A stretch of DNA of 64,000 nucleotides from the sequence record NC_070956.1. One strand, written 5' to 3'. Numbering within the stretch: position 1 is the first letter of the stretch; each line of letters opens with the position of its first letter. Both the position numbers and the translations under genes were made by a program. The notes below the pieces were generated by a model that was given only the letters and a program-made list of their open reading frames with translations, was not told where the DNA came from and ran no database searches. Of the stretch, positions 37,274 through 48,300 are shown piece after piece.

Positions 37274-37804
37274 TTAGAAAGTGGCTTCGATTTCAGAGAT
37301 GTCTATTTCTTGGACACCTTGGTCGATTTCTCCTTCTTTGATACGTTCATCGAAAGAGAGTTCCTTGATAGGTTTCAAGGGATCGAGAATCATTGCCCGG
37401 TCACCATAGTTCGGAAGCACCAGTTTACCAGCAGCGACTTCGTTGAGTGCGTTAACGAAAGTTGCAAAGTTGGCACGGTTGTCCTCGGCTTCTTTCTCCT
37501 TGGCTCGTTCTTTCCGCTCATCCCGGATAGTCTTCTCCAAGAGACCGGTCAGAGTGTTGATGGAGTCAAGCAGTTTACAGTTACTCGGCTTACTGATGTA
37601 GGTTTCCATTGCCACGTCGAGAAGCAATGCACGTTGCTTGGTGAGCATACTGACAAGCTCTGATTCGGCTTGACGCTTATCATCGGTCTTATTCAATATG
37701 CGGTTGATCTCAGCGATAAATTCATCTTTCTTCTTAATGGACTTATCAGCTTTGGTGCCCTCTACTGGCTGAGGGAGAATTCCTGAATCTTCTTCGTCGT
37801 ACAT
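37274..37804 (-). CDS. conserved hypothetical coiled-coil protein (176 aa)
   Basis: GGAG SD before the ATG at 37804. Confidence 0.7.
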   Translation of the reverse strand: MYDEEDSGILPQPVEGTKADKSIKKKDEFIAEINRILNKTDDKRQAESELVSMLTKQRALLLDVAMETYISKPSNCKLLDSINTLTGLLEKTIRDERKERAKEKEAEDNRANFATFVNALNEVAAGKLVLPNYGDRAMILDPLKPIKELSFDERIKEGEIDQGVQEIDISEIEATF

Positions 37805-37908
37805 TGTATGCTCCAGAATGTCTAAAGTTTTAACTGTTCTAAACTTTTTCAAGCAGATATTATCATGTTGTAAGTGCATGAAGATATCTAAAATTAGATG
37901 AGGTAACC

Positions 37909-38457
37909 ATGTTTGAAAAGCTACTTATGCGGTTCTCTTTCTTCAGAAGGAGGGCTAAAAGAAAGTTAAGGACTACGTTAGCAGTCCTCACTGAAAAGAT
38001 AAACCAACAAGGTGCTTTCAACGATGATGACATAGTCACTATACACAACATCGTAAAAAGCCCTCTAATCTCGTATGACGAGAGTTTGGTGTTGGGTGCT
38101 GATGAGACTATACGTTTCTATTCGGTGACCTCTAACAAGGCTCTCGTTGCTCTTGAAAAGAGACCGGATGTACTGTCCCCCGCCAACCTTAATTACGATA
38201 TCACGGCCAATCCAAAAGAGCGGCCTTTCTACACTTGGTATTCAAACCAAGATAGTGTTCGACACTACGTGGATACTGTATCTGAGATGCTGGATGCCCA
38301 CGTCGACACCATCGTTACCGAGATTGATATCAAAGGCACCTGGCGACCCACATTAACAGAAGAGGACCAAGAGTTCCACGATGGGTTACTTTATCGATTG
38401 TTCCTGTTAGACCTGTTGAACATCATCAACTTCTATATGGAACGGCAATCCGACTAA
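37909..38457 (+). CDS. conserved hypothetical protein (182 aa)
   Basis: GAGGT SD. Confidence 0.75.
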   Translation: MFEKLLMRFSFFRRRAKRKLRTTLAVLTEKINQQGAFNDDDIVTIHNIVKSPLISYDESLVLGADETIRFYSVTSNKALVALEKRPDVLSPANLNYDITANPKERPFYTWYSNQDSVRHYVDTVSEMLDAHVDTIVTEIDIKGTWRPTLTEEDQEFHDGLLYRLFLLDLLNIINFYMERQSD

Positions 38458-38469
38458 AGGTATAAAACA

Positions 38470-38892
38470 ATGGCAAAGAAACCAACCAATAAGACAGGCT
38501 TTGAGCGTAATAAGAATTTTGTGCCGGATGAACAACTGACCGATACCCCGGCTCGGTTATTCAGGAAGATCTCCAACGCCATGGGAATGAACCTCAGCAA
38601 GTGGACATCCTACATGGGTGAATACTTGCGTTGGTTACACCCGGAAGACTCTGGAACACCACTGGAAGTCAAGAAGGCAAGATCGACCACTCTGGGTAAC
38701 GCGCAAAGTGCTTACTACTACAGCAAGTCTCTCAGCTTTAATAAGCTGATTGCAGGAATGAAAATTCTTAAATTCAAGAAGGTCACTTTCACCATTACCG
38801 GTGAAACTGCAACCGGTGAAGTTATCACCGTGAGCGAGACTACGTTCCTTAATCGCGATACACCAACACCTGAAGACCCGTCCGAAGAGTAA
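38470..38892 (+). CDS. conserved phiKZ-like hypothetical protein (140 aa)
   Basis: ARLFRKI...W...M..YL, LSFNK...G.KIL pattern recalled from the family; AAGG SD. Confidence 0.7.
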   Translation: MAKKPTNKTGFERNKNFVPDEQLTDTPARLFRKISNAMGMNLSKWTSYMGEYLRWLHPEDSGTPLEVKKARSTTLGNAQSAYYYSKSLSFNKLIAGMKILKFKKVTFTITGETATGEVITVSETTFLNRDTPTPEDPSEE

Positions 38893-38901
38893 CGCGGTCA
38901 T

Positions 38902-38933
38902 CTGTTACCCCTACCATGTGGTAGGGGTAACAG
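38902..38933 (+). terminator. terminator hairpin
   Basis: CTGTTACCCCTACC-ATGT-GGTAGGGGTAACAG. Confidence 0.8.
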
Positions 38934-38974
38934 TCAACTTATCCAATTTCTTTTTTGTCTAAATAGAGGTCGTA

Positions 38975-41170
38975 ATGGCTAATAAAGTTAGCACGCAAGA
39001 CAAGAACCTTGTGACGAGGTCCTTTCGTCTTTTGAGTGACGGCGTTGCAAACCCGACCGATGAGTATATAAACACAGACTACGATCTGTACACCAGTTTC
39101 TTCTCAACGGCGATCGGGGATAACAAGTACATCAACCCGCTACCAGGATATGGATTCAACACGGATCCCTATCCAGAACCCATCATGGAAAACCGATACG
39201 GTAACATGGGTCGTTTCTACAAACGTATCCATCACGACAATGCAGAAATGGTAACACTCACTGCTTGTGTCCCTGAGTTTACCGGTATCCTTCCATTCCT
39301 TATGAATATGTTTGACTATAGCGCCGCCGTTATGGTTAACAAAGGTCGTGCTCCTGGTTGGGCGTTCTATATAGGTCAAGCCGCCGGCGCCATTGCGTTC
39401 TTCCCTGCACAGATCGTAGCTGCCAGTTGGAACTTCTTCGAGTACCTCACTCAACAACCGAAGAACCAATGGTATTACGGTAAAGCTGCGATGGGTCAGT
39501 TCTTGACAGCAGCTCAAGGTATGTTCAACGACCTGATGGTTGCTGCTGGATATACATTGACTGTTCTTCCCCAAGGTTCCCAGGTAATGGATACCAAGTT
39601 GGGTGATCGACAATCAAACGGCCTCAAAGGTTATCGGACGCACAGCGACCAAGCAAAGAGTAACTATAGTTACCTGAACTCCATGTTCCCTGATGCGATT
39701 AACCAAGACGGGACCGTGGATATCACAAGGGTCGCGTTACGTGGTGTGAGGAAATATCGCTATTTCCTTAACAAGGTTAAGTCGTTGGACGAAGGCTCTC
39801 GTTTCCGTAGTGTCGGCGAGAAAGATCTTGCTATTGAACGTATCCTGAACGGTCTTATTAAAGACGGTAACTTCATGAATGGCTCTGTTGGGCCAGCAGG
39901 GAAGATAGGGACTTACGAGGTACTCACCAAAGAGCTCGGGTCAGTAGGTGCGTCACGGGGTTCTGATGAGATATCCTACCCTGAAGTTGCATCTGCTTAT
40001 ACCAACCCGAGTGCTTATGCCGAGATTCTTCCAGCTGATATGGACACAGGTCAAGCAAGTGGTTTTGATAGTGTCCGTGCCAAAGTGGAAGGTCAAGTGT
40101 CTGCCGAACGCGAAGAACGTTTCGGAATCAACCAAGGTAACTCCGGTGCGGCTGATGGTGCCACGTCACCACAACTGCAAGGAACAGAGGCGTTCTTTAA
40201 TGACACCAATAACCTTTCTGAAGATTCGTGGTTGACACAAGTCGGTTCCTTGCTGATGGATCACCTTTACGGTGGTACTGACGGAATCACATTTAGAACA
40301 GAAGGAACAGGAGCTGTTAGCGATTCATTCTCTAACGCTTCTCAACAATCTGCTATCGCCAGCAGCTTCAACAACACAGTACAAGCTGTCCAAGACTTCA
40401 AGTTCAACATGGGTGGTGGTGTTACGGGGATCGAGTTCATTGACAAGGCGATGGAAATCGTCAAAGACTCTGTCACTGGTCTGATGGCTGGTAGTGTGGT
40501 TGGTAACCTCCCGTTGGCGTTACTGGGTAACTCCAGGGTTATCATTCCGGAACACTGGCAGGATTCAACTACCAGTCTTCACAGTGAAACGATCAACCTG
40601 TATTTCCAGGCTCCTTACGCGCATCCTTATTCGATCGCCACAAACGTGTTCCTTCCAGTAGCGTTGATCATGCCGTTCTTTGTTCCATTCAGTACAGGTG
40701 GTGCGATGTATGGTTCTCCGTTCATGGTTAAGAGCTTTGCTCGTGGGAAAGGGATCATTCGTTCTGGTATGGTTCGTAACGCATCCATGACTTGGGGTGA
40801 AGGTCCGTTGGGATGGACTACTGATAAGAAACCGTTGAACTGTCGAATCACTCTGGATTTGGTTGACTTCGATCCGATTCTTTCTGTTCCGGTCACTCGT
40901 GTCACTAACCCACTTGACTTGGTTAACATCGCTAAGCAATCTTCCCGTTATCTTGGTGACATCGGTAAATACAACGATTGGGTAAACCGAGTTGCTGGCT
41001 TGGATTATATCGACACTGTTCTTCGTTATAACGACATGAACCGTCGACTCACTCGTTTCACCAATGACGTTGAAACCATGTTCTCCCCTGCCAACGTTGC
41101 AAACATCGTCAACGACTCTATCATCGGTGACGTTTCCCGTTTGTTTGTTGGTCGTCCTATGAACCGTTAA
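38975..41170 (+). CDS. virion structural protein, probable tail/baseplate (731 aa)
   Basis: large ORF convergent with the tape measure gene; P..W.DS, YG.P, SPF.VK...RG..GMV motifs recalled from phiKZ-family tail proteins. Confidence 0.6.
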   Translation: MANKVSTQDKNLVTRSFRLLSDGVANPTDEYINTDYDLYTSFFSTAIGDNKYINPLPGYGFNTDPYPEPIMENRYGNMGRFYKRIHHDNAEMVTLTACVPEFTGILPFLMNMFDYSAAVMVNKGRAPGWAFYIGQAAGAIAFFPAQIVAASWNFFEYLTQQPKNQWYYGKAAMGQFLTAAQGMFNDLMVAAGYTLTVLPQGSQVMDTKLGDRQSNGLKGYRTHSDQAKSNYSYLNSMFPDAINQDGTVDITRVALRGVRKYRYFLNKVKSLDEGSRFRSVGEKDLAIERILNGLIKDGNFMNGSVGPAGKIGTYEVLTKELGSVGASRGSDEISYPEVASAYTNPSAYAEILPADMDTGQASGFDSVRAKVEGQVSAEREERFGINQGNSGAADGATSPQLQGTEAFFNDTNNLSEDSWLTQVGSLLMDHLYGGTDGITFRTEGTGAVSDSFSNASQQSAIASSFNNTVQAVQDFKFNMGGGVTGIEFIDKAMEIVKDSVTGLMAGSVVGNLPLALLGNSRVIIPEHWQDSTTSLHSETINLYFQAPYAHPYSIATNVFLPVALIMPFFVPFSTGGAMYGSPFMVKSFARGKGIIRSGMVRNASMTWGEGPLGWTTDKKPLNCRITLDLVDFDPILSVPVTRVTNPLDLVNIAKQSSRYLGDIGKYNDWVNRVAGLDYIDTVLRYNDMNRRLTRFTNDVETMFSPANVANIVNDSIIGDVSRLFVGRPMNR

Positions 41171-41180
41171 GGAGTAAGAA

Positions 41181-42299
41181 ATGGGATTATTAGGTCGCAG
41201 CTCTACCTTTAACGGGGTGGATGTAGACAACCCTATCAAGAAGGCGTCTCAATCGATCGCTGACGCAATCTCTGGCTTTGGTGATCAACTTGTCAACCCC
41301 ATGACCAACGTCTCCCAGGCGGAGACTGGCGTCGCTCTGGTTGATGAGAACAGCAGTTCTGTTAACGCATCGCTGACTAACTATAAGTCCTTCACACTGG
41401 AAGGGATTATGGCTCGGTCACGTGACCTCGTCGGCGGGATACTGAACAACCCCGACTTGGGTCGGGTGTTGACCTGGGAAGATGGGTTCAATGTCGATAC
41501 CGACGAACTGTTCCGCATCGCCGCTCAGGGTCTTGGTTTCTCGCTCAATGGCATGGGCGATATCAAACGCAGCATTGGTGATAGCTTCCTCGAAAGCTTG
41601 AACGATATGACTGGCGGTTTGAGTAGTGGTCTCTATTTTGATGACCAAATGAAACTCAAGATCGGCGACGGTTGGCAGATGGATGTTGCTGATGAGTTCT
41701 TGGGCTTCGTCAGCAAAATGGATAGTGACTTTGGAAAGGTCTTGAACCTTGCTGGTGTTAACGCGGTACTGAACACAATGGTGAATCAGGCCGCTATGAA
41801 CAGTATGTATCAGACCTACGATTCATTCGCTGATCAATACCTGTTCTACAGTGACTATGTTGATGCGTTGATCAATTCACTGGAGTTCATTCTTGGTCGT
41901 GGTGACCTCGAGTCCATGAACAAGATCTTCGAGATCATCGAGGAGGAAGGAATCCAGAAGGTAAGGGCGCAATACCCTGACTTTATCGAACGTGCACTTG
42001 CTAACTTCTACTTCACCAGTGATGTTTATCCTGAGGACTATGAAGAAATGGCGATCATGCTGGATAAAGTCCTTGTCCTGTATGGTGGAGAAGATTGGTT
42101 CTACTCTCATACCGAGTTTGGTAAATTGGTTAACCTTGCCGTTGTTTCTAACATCAGTGAAGACGCTAAATTACTTCTTGGTGATTTTGAGAAATACCAT
42201 GTGCTGTTACTCGGCGCAGGGATTTACCAAGATGAAAGTGCGTACGACGTATTCCTTCGTCAGATTCCCAACGCTATCGACTTCCAAATGAGAACATAA
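41181..42299 (+). CDS. probable virion structural protein (372 aa)
   Basis: AAGGAG SD; synteny in the tail module. Confidence 0.55.
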   Translation: MGLLGRSSTFNGVDVDNPIKKASQSIADAISGFGDQLVNPMTNVSQAETGVALVDENSSSVNASLTNYKSFTLEGIMARSRDLVGGILNNPDLGRVLTWEDGFNVDTDELFRIAAQGLGFSLNGMGDIKRSIGDSFLESLNDMTGGLSSGLYFDDQMKLKIGDGWQMDVADEFLGFVSKMDSDFGKVLNLAGVNAVLNTMVNQAAMNSMYQTYDSFADQYLFYSDYVDALINSLEFILGRGDLESMNKIFEIIEEEGIQKVRAQYPDFIERALANFYFTSDVYPEDYEEMAIMLDKVLVLYGGEDWFYSHTEFGKLVNLAVVSNISEDAKLLLGDFEKYHVLLLGAGIYQDESAYDVFLRQIPNAIDFQMRT

Positions 42300-42306
42300 A
42301 CATAAG

Positions 42307-42339
42307 ACCCCTACCCCTCCGAAAGGATGGGGTAGGGGT
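42307..42339. terminator. bidirectional terminator
   Basis: ACCCCTACCCCTCC-GAAA-GGATGGGGTAGGGGT. Confidence 0.85.
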
Positions 42340-42347
42340 TTATTATC

Positions 42348-45300
42348 TTAACCTAATCCAACGGTGTTCGGTCGACCACCTTTACCTTGGCTGGCCATCA
42401 GGTCATTCAACCTACCAAGCTGACTGATGATCCCACTCAACAATTGCTGAGCTCCTTCATCACTGACTGCTTGTGTTCCCGTGCCAGTCTGTTTGGGAGC
42501 TGGTTTGGGGGTTGGACCAACACTAGAAACAGTAGTAGGACCTGCCGGTTGACTTACTGGTGCCGGAGCACTCGGTTTGGGACCCGGAGCCTGAACTGGT
42601 GTCGGACTCGGAACTGGGTTAGTAACAGCGGCGGTTGGTGCTGCACTAGGAGATACCGGCGGAGACGCTGTCGCAGCTTTCTGTTGATTAACGCTACTCT
42701 TATCCAAGAGCTCATCGACTTCCTGCTTATGAGTCTTCTTGGTAGATGCGACTTTCTCTTCAGCGGCCTTGGGGACATTCTGATCGGCAGCGTTAGGAAC
42801 ATCCGCTATCTTATCTTCACCGCCAGAGGTCGGTGCAAAGTCGGAGGTCTTTGTCGGACCCGCTGCTTTGATTTGACCGTTCTGGAGTTTAGCAAGATAT
42901 TCGGTATATGCCTTACGACGTTCGTCAGTAAAGGGAACAGAGTTACCGCCGTTGATACCACGAACAGCACTATCGAAGTCACCAGTCGTCGCAATGGACT
43001 TGATCGCTTTATTACCCAGGAGGTAACGAACAGCGGAGTCTGCTACAACGTTAGGATCTTCAGATACCAGTCGTGGGTTACTTACGACGTCTATCCCTGT
43101 CTCACGCTTGTACTTTTCGTAGTTGGCTTTACCAGTGAGCTGGAACAAACCACGACCACGATACAACCAACCATCCTCAGGCTTCTCGTTACCGAGTGTG
43201 GGACCTTTGGGCGCTCTACCATACACATACATCGCACGTTGTTCTGGTGGCATTGCTGCTACCTTTTCCGCTGTAGCCATGTCTGGTATGTTCCTGAAAT
43301 ACTTCTTCAGGGTTGGTGCAGACCAGTTGGTGTTTTCTACCGTGGACTTGTAGTTGCCCGTTTCAACCTTGGCAAGTGCCAGAGCGAGAGCAATCTGCTT
43401 GTTGTCTGTGATACCAGCACGGAGCAGACCTTGAAGGAGGAGTTGTTCACCCTGTTCCGGAGTCATGGAGAGACCTTGGTCATCACCTGCCTTCAGAGTG
43501 GGATCCATTTCCCAACCTTCACTGAACCCACCACTATACTGACCACCGCTACCAGCACCTACTGTCCCTGGGGTAGTTCCCATTCCACCAGGAGGGAAAG
43601 CATTAGCAAAACCATTGCTTGCGTAGTTGTTTCCACCGAAAGTCCCACCTTGCTTACCGGCTTGCTCCCTGCGTTTCATACGCATGGCAGTCAGTTCTGC
43701 AATACGGGCCTGTTCAGCTTGTTTCCTGGCTTCGGACTTATCTTGGAGTTGTTCACCGATTGCTTTAGAAGCAGCCTCCTCCATTACCGGGTCGCGCAAC
43801 GCTGCTTTCATTGCATCGCTGTTAAGCGACTTAATGTAAGTATCAGCCCTATCGCTGTCGGTACCGGATTGAGCACCTTCGAACGGACTCGCTTTCACGT
43901 TCCAGACAGAAGTCTCTTCACCATCGACCATTACCATGATCTCTGACAGCACTTTAGCTATTTCGGCTTTGTTGCTATTAGAGAGCTGACGCCAACCTTG
44001 TTTCGGAGATGACCCACGTTGTTTGTAAACCAGTGCGTAGTACTTCTGGAGTACAGGGAGGAAACGTGATTCGAACCAAGCCTTCCAGTTCGCCATCATC
44101 AGTTCTGTTTTGATCCTGAACATCGGCTTGAAGAGAGCCAGTACAGACTCCAGTGGGATTTCGAGTTTCCCCAGCCCATTGGAAAGAACCATGTTCTCTT
44201 CGCAATAACGTTCAAGTTTCAGAACCGCATCTACACGCCAGTTGATATTGGCATCGTTACCGTACACGGCAAGACGAGCAAGCGTGAATGGTTCGATTTC
44301 CGTGTCTCCATCTTTGTGGAGGTCAGATATGTCGATGTCCTTAATTTCCGCTGTGACAGCGAAGGTTTTGTCGATGTGCTCTTGTGATTTGATTAACGAC
44401 TCGTTACCGAACTTATTCTGGAACCAAGCGACAACCTTATTGTCCGATACTTCCGGATTCAGGTTGGCTTGACGTTGCTCATCATAAGTCCTCAGCTTGA
44501 GACCGTCCGCCTTCTTCTCGGCTGGATAAGCTTTACGAAGTTCATTCATCAAATCAGCGACTTCGCCAGTAGTAGCAATTCTTGACATCGTCCCAGTATC
44601 TTGGTCAATCGGGACGTCGATAGTGTAAGGATTGGTCGACATGTGGCCAATGGCTTCCTGTACACGCTCTGCGACAAGAACTACTTCGTGGGTCTGACCA
44701 GCATCGTACTCTTGAAGATCGCCAAACCTTGCAGCGTTAGCCGCGGCAACGAAAGTCAAGAAGATGGGCTTGAACCGTGCCTGGAACCAAGTATTGATAT
44801 TGTCACGAGGAACCGGAGTTGAGTTCTCAACGAACTGTCTGAAGACTTCAGCAACTGCCTCTGGTTTACTGAAACCTGCTGATCCACTACCCACATTAAC
44901 ATGTGGGAGCAACATCATCTCGAGACGTTGTACACGCTCTGCCAAATCACTCCGCCATTCACGAATACCGTACATCGCGAAACGAAGACGTTTCTGAATG
45001 GAGTTGGCCAGCAGAGTTGTCCGGTAAGTAGTGCCGTTGTACTTGTACCCTTCCGAGTTAGCCATATGCTGTTCGGCGTCACGACGGTCTGTGAACAACT
45101 GTCCATCATCGGTCCAGTACACACCAGTGTTCTTGATACCGTCAATCCAGCTCTTGGGCATAACCGCTTCAAGAACCGTGGTCCCGATACCAATCTGAGG
45201 AATCCAGTTTGCAGCATCCTCTATCTGATCAGCAGTGGTCACTGGACGTTTCTGGTTGAACATGTTCTCTTCAGTAGGTGTGGAAGAACTGTCGTCACCT

Positions 45301-48300
45301 GTCAACAGGTTGTATGCTAGAGCACTACCACCAAGGAGTGCGCCGACACGACCCATCCCTTTATTGAGTTTACCCCCTCGTCCACCAGGGCCGCCCATAC
45401 CAAGCAGTCCGCCGATACCGCTGCCGGCCATCCTGGCGATGGGACCTAACAGACCACCCAACATCTTTATACCTCCGCTAAGAAGTTTAAAGATGGGAGA
45501 ACCGATACCCAATACGCCAGAGAACAACGCACTTCCAATTGTTCCTAAACGTTTCACGCTGGCAGCCATGGAGCCACCAACCATCCCGAGTAATGAACCC
45601 AGTGGGTTCTTGAAGAATCCGCCGATGGAACCCATCATGTCGTAGAGCTTGCCAAAGAGACCAGGTTTCTTGCCCTTCTCTTCACCTTCCCCTTTCTTCT
45701 TACTCTTACCGGTGAGTGTGTCACCAATATCGATGATTGCTTTCTGGACTCGATCAGATTGCGATGCTGCGGCCTGACGCGCTTTATCCTCAAGGGAGTT
45801 CTTACGCATCGCTGGACCACCGGCGTCATCAAGTTCTTCGTCCTCAATCTCCATACCAAACTTTTGGGAAAGGAGCTTGTAGATGCGATCAAGACGGCGT
45901 TCAACACCGTTCATGTTGGTACCACGACCACGAACCGCAGAGACGTGTGAACTGGCTTGTTCGTTAGCGCGTTCGAAGCCAAGCTTACCCATCATGTTGG
46001 TAAAGAGTTGTTTACCCATACCGACGGCAGCACCAGCCATGTTAGAACCCATTGTTCCCACTTGTCTGATACGTTGACCTGTACGAGTCACCAAACCTTC
46101 ATCAAACTCGGCTTGGGAGATAAGTTCGTTGCCTTCTTCATCGTAAACTGGACCAGAGATTTCGTTCCAACCCTTGACAGGTTTGAAAGTTCCGTTCTCA
46201 TCTTTCCAGTATTCAACGTTCTTAAATCCTACTGCACGGAGACGGGGATTTTGGAGGTCACCTTTCACAAAGACGTCTTGTTGATAGATGATTTCTTTAC
46301 CCATGTCGATACCGGCACGGAGTTTACCGATTGGGTTCACAAAGTTGTAGGCATTGACAATCATGCCCTTTGCGGTTTCGATTCCACGAAGCACTACAGC
46401 GCGACCATCAGGACCGAAGATGCGACCACCCAGTTCACGAACTGTAATGATTGCTTTGGACACCACGTCAATGACAGGACCTTTAATTTCACGGTACGTG
46501 TTAATAACACGTTTAGTGATCGCGTCAATGTACTCACCAGCTTTGAGCTTTGCTGACTTCAGAATGCTTTCACCGTTTTCATCTACGATGTCTTCATCAT
46601 CAGAAGGTTCGCTCGCACTGACTTTTTCTTTACGGTCCTTGTTACCCCAGTACTGAACGAGACCGCCCAGAGCCAGACCACCTACAGCCATAGAAGCTGC
46701 GGCAATAGGGTTAGATGCAAAGTTGGAGGCAATGCCACCAAGTACGCCACCCAACACTATCGGAGAGTTCTTGACCAGTAAGTCCATGCCACGACCGAAC
46801 ATACCTTCCGGGAACAGACCTTTAATCTTACCCATCAGACCTTCTTTAGCCTGCTCTTCTTGGCGTTCTTCATTGGCGTTCTTTGGAGCACCTGAGAACA
46901 ACTTGCCTTTATTAGCAAGATCCAGAAGTGAAGAAAGGATTGTTTCCATCCGCTGATTGCTTTCTGCAATCTTGGATGTGTTGGAAACGATCTCTCCGGT
47001 CTGGGTATCCATGTATGCCGTATCCGGCTTACCGGACTTGGAAGACATGTTGCTGCTAGCCAGCACGTCCAATTTCTCTGTCAGTGTGTTGAGAGAACTG
47101 GAGAGACCAGCGAAAGAGGCGCCTTCAGTACGTTTTCCATCATTGGCCGGAGCGGGTCGATCAGGGATGTGGAAACTGTTCCTGGTTTTCTTACCTTGAG
47201 TTTTGTCGCTGGGATTCATCCCTCTGAGCGCGGGGTTGTTAGGATCGTCCATGAACATACCGATACGTTCGTGGAACACTTCCATATCAACCTTGTCGAT
47301 ACCGTTCTCTGTATAAATCACGCCAAGGTCACGGAGCAACTGTTCATTACCAGTGGCCCTGAGCATGTCGATACGTTCGGCGATATTCGGCGCGAGGTCT
47401 TTCAGGTTGGTTGCTGCGGACCCTGCTTTATTGAGACGCTCTTGATACCTGGAGTTCCGCATCTCTGTCATCACTTGCATACGCTCGAAACCTGTGGTCT
47501 CGTTGAAGCGAGCAATGTCTTGATCACGCAAACCAAAGTGACGACGCACCACCGCATGGATCTCGTCGAGCATCGGACCAGAGATACCAGGAATGTCCCC
47601 GATATAGTAGAACGGGTTAAAGTTCTTCTCTCGGTCAACGTCTCTTGCGATTACCTTAGCAAATGCTTTACGAGCTCCCTGGGACAGCGTCTTCTTGGGA
47701 TCCAGGTCATCAACGAACTCAAGAGCAGCAGTCGCATAGCGATCGAATTCAGCAGCGGGCATCAAGTCGGCTTGAACAGCGATCTGTTTGTTGGTTTCGT
47801 TCTGGAACTGACCACGCATGTAGTTATAAGTAACCAACTCGGCGTTACTGTCACCAGTTCTGATCATCTCCAACAGTTGGTTGGTGCGAGAAATCAAACC
47901 GGGTATTACTTCATTCAGTGTAACGTTGTTACCCTGAGTCCAGATACCAGCATCGACCAAATCACGTGGGTTACGTTTCTTGAGGGTGTACTGTGTGCCT
48001 TTAGCCTGGTTCATCTCAGACATGAACGAGTTCATTGCGGCTTTAGCGCGGTTACTCGCGGCATTCTGAATTGTCCACCTGGCTTTGCTCATGGGTTGTT
48101 TGTCAGGAGGAAGACTGGCAACGTAGTCTTCGTAATCAATGAACGGCATCTCGTCCATTGCTTGGTAGTCTTCAGCCATGAAGTTGATCAAGCCAACTCC
48201 GGCGTTAGACATATACGAAGCTTTCGAACCCGTGTTAGAGAGACGCCCCCATTGGCGACGCAATGCCTTTGCTTCGGCCGGGTTCTTCTTGGCAAGACTT

